Shown in pieces: positions 1-5,166 of a stretch of 16,645 nucleotides of DNA (positions are counted from its first letter, which is position 1; every line of letters starts with the position of its first letter). The translations under genes were made by a program, and so were the position numbers. Origin of the DNA: a virus; the IMG/VR virus record IMGVR_UViG_3300045993_000193, one strand, 5' to 3'. The notes beneath the pieces were generated by a model. The model was not told the origin of the DNA. It ran no database searches and saw only the letters and a list, made by a program, of their open reading frames with translations.

Positions 1-114
1 GTCTCGTGGACGTGAACGCTGTCGCCCGCGCCGCTGAGGTGTCGGCGGCGCAGGCGGCAGCCCTCGCCGCACAGGTCGCGTTGTCCGCTGACGCCATGCG
101 GGTTCAGGTCGCGG
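1..114. repeat. Terminal overlap, copy 1 (identical to 16532-16645); circular-closure signature of the assembly
   Basis: Base-by-base comparison shows 1-114 equals 16532-16645. The overlap lies inside an ORF that reads continuously across the junction. Confidence 0.95.
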
Positions 115-353
115 CAGCAGCGCAGGCCGCGCAGGAGTCGCAAGCCCGGTACATCGACCCGATCCAGAAGGACATCGCTGACCTCCGCCGCGCCCAGTAC
201 GAGCAGCAGGGGCAGCGGGCTCAGGTGTCGGACTCCCGCTCCAAGAACGGGTCAGTCGGTCTGTGGATCGGTTTGGGCGTGTCGTCGTTCCTCGGGTTCA
301 TCGGCATGGTCGTCGGCATCTCGGGTTTCATCTTCGCGGTTACAGGAAGGTAG
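1..353 (+). CDS. C-terminal part of the wrap-around lysis-cassette protein (Ala/Gln-rich coiled coil with a C-terminal transmembrane anchor); N-terminal part is at 16282-16645
   Basis: The reading frame is continuous with 16282-16645 through the 114-nt overlap, giving 200 aa in total. The C-terminal hydrophobic segment is GLWIGLGVSSFLGFIGMVVGISGFIFAV. Stop is TAG 351-353. It sits between the holin and the endolysin. Confidence 0.7.
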   Translation, partial: LVDVNAVARAAEVSAAQAAALAAQVALSADAMRVQVAAAAQAAQESQARYIDPIQKDIADLRRAQYEQQGQRAQVSDSRSKNGSVGLWIGLGVSSFLGFIGMVVGISGFIFAVTGR

Positions 354-359
354 AAGGAC

Positions 360-1034
360 ATGACTAGTGCCAGGCTCGTACCTGCTGGGGTGACGTTGCG
401 GGATCAGGTGAACCATCGTTGGCCAGGGCGGGACAAGGCCTCTGATGGCTGGGTGGGTGATGCCGCCCACGCCTCCCGGAAGTCGGACCATAATCCGGAC
501 GCGAACGGCTGGGTTCATGCCCTGGATATCGACCACGACCTACGCGGCGACGTGGGGGATGATGAGAAGTTCCTGAGTCAGTTGCGGGACTACATCCGGG
601 CGGGGAAGGACCACGGCGTCGTGTCCTACATCGTCCACGACGACAGGTTGGCGCAGGACTCAACGGGATGGCAGTGGGCCAGGAACACGACGCTGGAGCA
701 CCACGAACATATTCACGTGTCGTTCACTGCCGCTGGGGAGCATCGCGGGGACACGTTCGACCTTCCCATATTCAGCCCACCCGTGTGGGATGGGCATGTG
801 CCCGACGATGTGGCGATCTACCGGGCGGAAGCCAACCCCAACGTGGAATCCCCAGCCGCATGGAGGGTCGCTGCACGCCTGTACGACCTCGGCTACTACT
901 ACGGACCCGCCCCCATCCTCGGACACCAGGGATACCCCACACGGGCTGTAGCGGCATGGCAGAAAGACCACGGCTGGGACGTCAACCCCGACGGGGCATG
1001 GGGACCCAAAGCAAGCAAACTGTTGTTCGGGTAG
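360..1034 (+). CDS. Endolysin: N-terminal zinc peptidase M15-like domain plus C-terminal PG_binding_1-like domain
   Basis: SDHNPDANGWVHALDID and HEHIHVSF fit the H..D...H metal triad of VanY/M15-type peptidases. The C-terminus (AAWRVAARLYDLGYY...GYPTRAVAAWQKDHGWDVNPDGAWGPKASKLL) fits the peptidoglycan-binding repeat pattern. A purine-rich SD (AGGAAGG/GAAGGA) precedes ATG 360. Confidence 0.85.
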   Translation: MTSARLVPAGVTLRDQVNHRWPGRDKASDGWVGDAAHASRKSDHNPDANGWVHALDIDHDLRGDVGDDEKFLSQLRDYIRAGKDHGVVSYIVHDDRLAQDSTGWQWARNTTLEHHEHIHVSFTAAGEHRGDTFDLPIFSPPVWDGHVPDDVAIYRAEANPNVESPAAWRVAARLYDLGYYYGPAPILGHQGYPTRAVAAWQKDHGWDVNPDGAWGPKASKLLFG

Positions 1035-1060
1035 ACACCAACACGGCGGGGCTGTACAGT
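1032..1060 (+). promoter_or_regulatory. Candidate SigA-type early promoter driving a leaderless transcript
   Basis: TAGACA (1032-1037, 5/6 to TTGACA), a 17-nt spacer, then TACAGT (1055-1060, fits TANNNT). The ATG of the next gene (1068) lies 7 nt after the -10 hexamer, and no SD is present. The -35 overlaps the endolysin stop codon. Confidence 0.4.
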
Positions 1061-1067
1061 CGGTTAC

Positions 1068-1262
1068 ATGACTACAACATTCCCCCGCGTTTGCGGGTGC
1101 GGCGAGACTCAGGACGTCACCACCGTCGTGATGAGCGACAAACTCTGGACCGAGTTCTTCTCCGTTGAAGGGGCCACGCGCCCCGACTACGCGACCGCTT
1201 GCCGCGTCTGCATCTCAGACTGGCAGCGCTACGCGGGACCGCTGCAGGTCGCATCGCCATGA
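1068..1262 (+). CDS. Small Cys-rich (CxC...CxxC) hypothetical protein, first early gene
   Basis: 64-aa ORF with high third-position GC. Cysteines occur at CGCG and CRVC. The stop overlaps the next start as ATGA. Confidence 0.6.
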   Translation: MTTTFPRVCGCGETQDVTTVVMSDKLWTEFFSVEGATRPDYATACRVCISDWQRYAGPLQVASP

Positions 1263-1444
1263 ACCGTGTTGAACTGTTAGCAGACAAATACGAGCAACTG
1301 CTGGTCCCCACCGTGGAGGCTAAGCAGGAACTCCTAGCCGCCTGCCGCGACCACCTGGCAATCGGCTACTCCGAAGTGGACGTAGCGAAGTGGGCGGGCG
1401 TGTCCCGCGCCACCCTCCGCAAATGGGTCGGCAAGGACGCCTGA
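1259..1444 (+). CDS. Helix-turn-helix DNA-binding protein (MerR/excisionase-like HTH)
   Basis: ATG 1259 overlaps the upstream stop (ATGA). The C-terminal GYSEVDVAKWAGVSRATLRKWVG is a typical HTH. Length is 61 aa. Confidence 0.7.
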   Translation: MNRVELLADKYEQLLVPTVEAKQELLAACRDHLAIGYSEVDVAKWAGVSRATLRKWVGKDA

Positions 1445-1656
1445 TGGACCTCCTGCTGATCGGTGTCCTCATCGCGGCCCTGTTCCTTGTATCCACCGTC
1501 TCCTACCTCGTCGGCGTCGATAAGACCGAACGCCTCTACCACCGGGACATGGCAACGGCACGCCTCGCCACACGCCGCGTCCAACGCGACCTCGAAGAAG
1601 CCCGCGTCGAAACCGCGATGCTCCGCAGAATCATTAGGGATAAGGAAATGTCATGA
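1444..1656 (+). CDS. Small membrane protein (N-terminal TM helix plus charged helical tail)
   Basis: ATG 1444 sits in a TGATG junction. MDLLLIGVLIAALFLVSTVSYLV is followed by an Arg/Glu-rich helix. Length is 70 aa. Confidence 0.6.
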   Translation: MDLLLIGVLIAALFLVSTVSYLVGVDKTERLYHRDMATARLATRRVQRDLEEARVETAMLRRIIRDKEMS

Positions 1657-1814
1657 CGTACGTAGCGCTCACTGAATGCTGCCGATGCCACACCCACACC
1701 ACCGACCTGACCGTGAATCAGGTGGGCCACGCCTACTGTCCCGACTGCCGGGACGCCGACAACGGTGTTCACTTCCACGCCTTCGACCTCGCCACCCTGC
1801 ACCATGACCGCTGA
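1653..1814 (+). CDS. Small zinc-ribbon-like protein (53 aa, not in the ORF track)
   Basis: ATG 1653 overlaps the upstream stop (ATGA). Translation is MTYVALTECCRCHTHTTDLTVNQVGHAYCPDCRDADNGVHFHAFDLATLHHDR, with CCxC and CxxC pairs. Stop is TGA 1812-1814. Confidence 0.5.
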   Translation: MTYVALTECCRCHTHTTDLTVNQVGHAYCPDCRDADNGVHFHAFDLATLHHDR

Positions 1815-2517
1815 ACTTCACACCGCCCTCGCGAAGGCGAACCTGTTCCTCACCAACCCGGGCAAGGACGGGAAGGGGAACTATGGCGCATTCCTGACGT
1901 TGGATGCCCTGCTGGAGCATGTGCGTAAGCCGCTGGCAACCCAGGGACTGTCCCTGGTACAGGACGTCATCCTCGACGGTGACCGGGTCCAGATCGTCAC
2001 CCAACTCCTCCACTCATCTGGTGAGTCGATCGTGTTCGGTCCCCTCTCCGGGCCTGCCGGGGCGAACTGGCAGCAGCTCGGCGGTGCGATCACCTACGCG
2101 AGGCGCTATGCCCTCATGGCAGCGTTGGGGATCGCCGGTGGGGACGATGACGACGCCCAGGCCCACACTGATGCGAACCCGCAATCCACAGTAGTACGCC
2201 ACACGGGGCCGCTGGGTGCGGCGGAGGCGCGGAAGAACCTCGGCCCAGCCACCACGAAGCAGGTCGGTTTCGTTGCCGCCCTGATGAAAGCCCAGGGGTT
2301 GAACGAGATTGCCCTGAACACGCTGTCCACCAGTGAACTGGGGTTTGAGATGCCGACTGAGGGCCTGTCGAAGTTGACGTTCGATCAGGCGTCGAAACTG
2401 ATTACCCGGATGCAGAAAGCCGGTGAGGGCGTCACCCGGACTAAGTCCACACGCGACGACGACGACCCTTGGGCGAACATTCCTGTCACCGGACCAGATG
2501 GGGAGGTACTGATATGA
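1804..2517 (+). CDS. erf: ERF-family single-strand annealing protein (recombinase)
   Basis: LDALLEHVRKPLATQGLSLVQ and GGAITYARRYALMAALGIAGGDDDDA match the conserved ERF core (TYxRRYxL...LGI...DDD). The in-frame ATG at 1804 was chosen (MTAELHTALAKANL). The C-terminal tail contains DDDDPW. Confidence 0.85.
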   Translation: MTAELHTALAKANLFLTNPGKDGKGNYGAFLTLDALLEHVRKPLATQGLSLVQDVILDGDRVQIVTQLLHSSGESIVFGPLSGPAGANWQQLGGAITYARRYALMAALGIAGGDDDDAQAHTDANPQSTVVRHTGPLGAAEARKNLGPATTKQVGFVAALMKAQGLNEIALNTLSTSELGFEMPTEGLSKLTFDQASKLITRMQKAGEGVTRTKSTRDDDDPWANIPVTGPDGEVLI

Positions 2518-3419
2518 GCATCCAGCGGTACAACACGTACAGCAACCGCAGCGAGGACGGGATATTCGTTCTGTACGACGATCACGTTGCCGCTATGGAG
2601 CAGGCGCAAACCCGTGTACGGGCCAGCATGACCCGCGTGGGTTCCCTGTTCACCGGGTACGGGGGACTGGACATGGCCGTCGGCGGCGATCTGGCGTGGT
2701 ACTCGGAGATAGATCCAGCCGCCTGCACCGTGCTGGAGGCGCACCACTCGGACGTACCCAACCTGGGGGATATCACCCAAGTGGACTGGGGGAACGTTCC
2801 CCCGGTGGACGTCCTGACGGGGGGATACCCGTGCCAGCCCTTCTCCCATGCAGGCAAGAGACAAGGAAGCGACGATGAGCGACACCTGTGGCCCTACGTT
2901 CGAGATGCCATCGATGCGCTACGACCTGGTGTCGTCGTCCTGGAGAACGTGCGAGGCCAGCTCACTCTGGGATTTGGAGATGTCCTCGCCGACCTTTCCC
3001 GAGTGGGGTATGACACTCAGTGGGGTGTTGTACGAGCTTCCGACGCCGGCGCACCCCACTCCAGGGCCCGCGTGTTCATCACTGCCCACCCCGCAAGCAT
3101 CAGACGCGAAGGGCACGAACAGCCTCACCGTCGCGCTATCCCGGATAGGTATACGACAGATGTACCTCTCCGAATGGGTGGCACTGTACGAGGCCGGCTT
3201 GACCGATGGGCTGGAATTGTCGGACGACCTTGTCCTCCTATGAGATACCTGGGCAGCGACGGCGTGACAAGGATCGATCCACGCTTCCCTGAATGGCTCA
3301 TGGGCCTACCGCAGGGGCATGTCACAGGCCACGGGCTACGCCCAGCGCAGGAACTGAAACTATGCGGCAACGGGGTCGTACCCCAGCAAGCCGCCCTAGC
3401 CCTAGCGATGCTCACATGA
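2514..3419 (+). CDS. DNA (cytosine-5)-methyltransferase (uninterrupted frame-0 ORF; see the nested +1 ORF 2875-3243)
   Basis: The motifs seen are SLFTGYGGLD (I), GGYPCQPFSHAGK (IV), VVVLENVRG (VI), DAGAPHSRARVF (VIII), RFPEWLMGLPQGH (IX-like) and GNGVVPQQA (X). GGGGAGG SD lies 8 nt before ATG 2514, which forms an ATGA junction with erf. A 38-aa N-terminal extension precedes the usual MTR-GSLF start. Confidence 0.85.
   Translation: MSIQRYNTYSNRSEDGIFVLYDDHVAAMEQAQTRVRASMTRVGSLFTGYGGLDMAVGGDLAWYSEIDPAACTVLEAHHSDVPNLGDITQVDWGNVPPVDVLTGGYPCQPFSHAGKRQGSDDERHLWPYVRDAIDALRPGVVVLENVRGQLTLGFGDVLADLSRVGYDTQWGVVRASDAGAPHSRARVFITAHPASIRREGHEQPHRRAIPDRYTTDVPLRMGGTVRGRLDRWAGIVGRPCPPMRYLGSDGVTRIDPRFPEWLMGLPQGHVTGHGLRPAQELKLCGNGVVPQQAALALAMLT
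2875..3243 (+). CDS. Nested +1-frame ORF inside the C5-MTase gene (122 aa). It could be an out-of-frame TRD segment, a split subunit or an overprinted gene.
   Basis: AAGGAAG lies 5 nt upstream of ATG 2875. Third-position GC is higher than in the host frame across the whole ORF. It encodes SSLPTPQASDAKG...RQMYLSEWVAL. Its stop TGA 3241-3243 overlaps frame-0 ATG 3240 as ATGA. Confidence 0.4.
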   Translation: MSDTCGPTFEMPSMRYDLVSSSWRTCEASSLWDLEMSSPTFPEWGMTLSGVLYELPTPAHPTPGPACSSLPTPQASDAKGTNSLTVALSRIGIRQMYLSEWVALYEAGLTDGLELSDDLVLL

Positions 3420-3580
3420 TGCCCGCTGATGTGCCTGCCCCGTGGTGGCCCGGGATCACTGCTGCCCAGGTCCGCGTCTACTGCACCGCCTACCGGGCTG
3501 ACAGGTGGTGGTGGATACACACCTACCCCACGGGGGAGCAGGCCCGTGTCCGGGTCATGTGGAACCGGGCATGCCCATGA
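3416..3580 (+). CDS. Small Trp-rich hypothetical protein (54 aa)
   Basis: ATGA junctions occur at both ends (3416-3419 and 3577-3580). Third-position GC is high. Translation is MMPADVPAPWWPGITAAQVRVYCTAYRADRWWWIHTYPTGEQARVRVMWNRACP. Confidence 0.55.
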   Translation: MMPADVPAPWWPGITAAQVRVYCTAYRADRWWWIHTYPTGEQARVRVMWNRACP

Positions 3581-4143
3581 AACTCTGCATCGCGGACCCG
3601 CCGTACCTAGGACGTGCATCGGAATGGTACGGCGATCGGGGGACGACTACCGTCGCGCGGAACCGGGGGATCAGCTACGCACCTGCGGATCATCACCCCG
3701 ATGCGCACGTGTGGGACGACCCGGCCAAACATCAGGAACTCGTCGCCCGGCTGATCGACGACTATGACGGCTGGGCGATTGCAATGGCACACGACAACCT
3801 CCGGGTCTACCTGCCCATGATCCCCAGCAGCGTCCCGTTCCGCGTTGGCATATGGGTAAAGGGCGTGATGCCAGGGGCTGCCCGCGTCCTTAACAGCTAT
3901 GAGCCCGTCATAGTCCGAGTCCCTGAAGGACGCCGATCGTCCGTCGGAACTGTGGGGCCACATCCACAGGACGCCGTGCATATCAAGCGCGTAAACGTCG
4001 GATTTACGGGGGCGAAGCCTCCCGCATGGACCCGATGGGTCCTAGACATGCTCGGCTACCACCAGGAAACGGACACCGTGGATGACATGTTCGCGGGATC
4101 GGACGCTGTAGCCGCAGAGATAGCCCAGGGGGTACTCCTGTGA
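3577..4143 (+). CDS. DNA amino-methyltransferase 1 (beta-class order, DPPY catalytic motif; N6-adenine or N4-cytosine)
   Basis: MKLCIADPPYLG lies at the N-terminus. FTGAKPPAW and VDDMFAGSDAV (a motif I-like FxGSx in which the last Gly is Asp) lie near the C-terminus. The protein ends in AQGVLL. Confidence 0.8.
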   Translation: MKLCIADPPYLGRASEWYGDRGTTTVARNRGISYAPADHHPDAHVWDDPAKHQELVARLIDDYDGWAIAMAHDNLRVYLPMIPSSVPFRVGIWVKGVMPGAARVLNSYEPVIVRVPEGRRSSVGTVGPHPQDAVHIKRVNVGFTGAKPPAWTRWVLDMLGYHQETDTVDDMFAGSDAVAAEIAQGVLL

Positions 4144-4259
4144 ACCCTAAACGCCTGTTCCGATGCACGGGCTGCGGAGGATGGCGCTACTACCTCAACA
4201 AGCCCTGCCACACATGCGAAATCCTGAAACGCAGGTATTGGCTGAAGGGGACCGGGTGA
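4140..4259 (+). CDS. Cys4 zinc-ribbon mini-protein (39 aa, not in the ORF track)
   Basis: GTG 4140 forms a GTGA junction with the upstream stop, and TGA 4257-4259 sits in a TGATG junction with the next start. Translation is (M)[38 protein letters not shown], with two CxxC pairs. Third-position GC is high. Confidence 0.5.
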   Translation: MNPKRLFRCTGCGGWRYYLNKPCHTCEILKRRYWLKGTG

Positions 4260-4901
4260 TGGACCCGTACTACGAGGACGATCAGGTGACCTTGTATCAC
4301 GGGGACTGCCTGGAACGCACTGAATGGCTCACGGGTGACGTGCTCGTGACAGAACCCGCCCTATGGGATCGGGTGGGCTAGAGGCGGAGGTCGGTATCAC
4401 GCCCCGAAGAACCCTGGATCGATAGCAGGAGACCTAGACACGCAGGCACGTGATTCGGCGCTGGAAGTTTGGGGGACAAAGCCCGGATACCTCTTCGGCG
4501 CACCACAAGTAGCCCCACCCGTCGGGACGCGGCAGGTTCTGGCGTGGGTGAAGGCTGAACACTTAGGAATGTTCGGTTCGTTCGCTGGGTGGCGACGAGA
4601 CTGGGAGGCTATCTACCTGACAGGGGCATGGACGGTTCAGCCTGCATCCCGTTCCGGGGTCATCAGGTCAGGGACCATCACAGCAGCAACGGGAGCAGGC
4701 CACCCTCACGCGAAACCCGTAGGGCTGCTGGAGCAACTGATCGAGTGCGCCCCTGAGGGCGTCATCGTCGATCCGTTCGCTGGTGGCGGCTCCACACTCG
4801 TCGCCGCTAGGAACCTGGGCCGTAAGGCGATCGGTGTGGAGATCGAGGAACGTTACTGCGAAATCATTGCCCTACGACTAGCGCAAGGAGTACTCCTGTG
4901 A
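4259..4901 (+). pseudogene. DNA amino-methyltransferase 2 (N6_N4_Mtase-like), interrupted by a 1-nt frameshift inside the (D/N)PPY catalytic motif
   Basis: The frame starting at ATG 4259 reads LYHGDCLE...[15 protein letters not shown], then stop 4379-4381. The +1 frame reads NPPYGIGW from 4353 and stays open to 4901, with HPHAKPVGLLEQLI and VDPFAGGGSTLVAARNLGRKAIGVEIE. Removing one A at 4353/4354 yields VLVTDPPYG and one ORF of about 213 aa. Confidence 0.75.
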
Positions 4902-4902
4902 A

Positions 4903-4928
4903 CCGTGTCCCCCTAATAGGGGACACGG
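4903..4928 (+). terminator. Perfect 10-bp GC-rich hairpin at the end of the early operon (candidate intrinsic terminator without a U-tract)
   Basis: CCGTGTCCCC (4903-4912), a 6-nt loop CTAATA, then GGGGACACGG (4919-4928). It begins 2 nt after the MTase-2 stop codon. No T-run follows, which is common in actinobacteria. Confidence 0.55.
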
Positions 4929-4950
4929 GTATACGCAATCGTGACCTACC

Positions 4951-5000
4951 GTGAACGCACGCAACCGCAAGCAAACACACGCAAACGAACGCAAACGCAT
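4951..5000. repeat. Five tandem 10-bp units with phased GCAAAC cores; 47-nt T-free tract on the + strand
   Basis: The units are GTGAACGCAC GCAACCGCAA GCAAACACAC GCAAACGAAC GCAAACGCAT. GCAAAC occurs at 4971, 4981 and 4991 with an exact 10-bp period. There is no T between 4953 and 4999. Confidence 0.75.
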
Positions 5001-5166
5001 AGATCCGCCCCTAGACAGGCTCGGTACCCTCAATGAGGACACGCAGTGGACCCGCCGCGAAGCGTTAGAGGTCAGGCAAGGGGGCTCAGAACCCCGGGGA
5101 GGGCCACACTCAATGACACTCCATCCTGTGGATAACCCTGTGGATAACCTGTGGATAAGCACATGA
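4951..5166 (+). CDS. Possible small basic protein upstream of the terminase (71 aa); it may instead be non-coding
   Basis: GTG start. Stop TGA 5164-5166 overlaps terminase ATG 5163 as ATGA, the usual junction here. However, third-position GC is only moderate and the ORF is built largely from the two repeat arrays. The N-terminus is NARNRKQTHANERKR. Confidence 0.3.
   Translation: MNARNRKQTHANERKRIDPPLDRLGTLNEDTQWTRREALEVRQGGSEPRGGPHSMTLHPVDNPVDNLWIST
5125..5159. promoter_or_regulatory. Three tandem CCTGTGGATAAC-type repeats, each containing TGTGGATAA (reverse complement of the DnaA-box consensus TTATCCACA)
   Basis: TGTGGATAA occurs at 5127-5135, 5139-5147 and 5150-5158, with spacings of 12 and 11 bp. 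The array lies immediately upstream of, and overlaps, the terminase start region. Confidence 0.8.

Noticed and set aside
1-114. The 114-nt terminal repeat as a genuine direct terminal repeat, or as the boundary of a mobile element or prophage
   Set aside because: It lies in the middle of a continuous ORF, and the flanks join seamlessly. An assembly overlap of a circular or concatemeric template is the simpler explanation.
668-1168. The alternate-frame + ORF 668-1168 (166 aa) overlapping the endolysin
   Set aside because: It has Arg/Pro/Gly-rich off-frame composition. The endolysin frame carries clear catalytic and cell-wall-binding motifs and the expected codon bias.
3195-3240. The frame-0 peptide LDRWAGIVGRPCPP as the conserved RWE...GRPAP element of actinophage C5-MTases. 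This would place the return to frame 0 near 3190.
   Set aside because: Third-position GC of frame 0 is only about 30% in 3180-3239, while the +1 frame stays at about 77% up to its stop. The resemblance is probably fortuitous. The ATGA junction at 3240 is the better switch point.
3505-3576. Upstream extension of MTase 1 to the start at 3505 shown in the ORF track
   Set aside because: The extension overlaps the Trp-rich gene 3416-3580, which has the better codon signature. ATG 3577 gives the canonical ATGA junction and places the DPPY motif at the N-terminus as expected.
4898-4954. An 18-codon ORF (GTG 4898, VNRVPLIGDTGIRNRDLP) after MTase 2, analogous to the zinc-ribbon gene after MTase 1
   Set aside because: It consists mostly of the terminator hairpin sequence, has no cysteine pairs, and is too short to support.
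5029-5116. Direct repeat CTCAATGA at 5029-5036 and 5109-5116 in the terminase-upstream region
   Set aside because: An 8-mer recurring once within about 250 nt is roughly what chance predicts, and there is no extended similarity around it.
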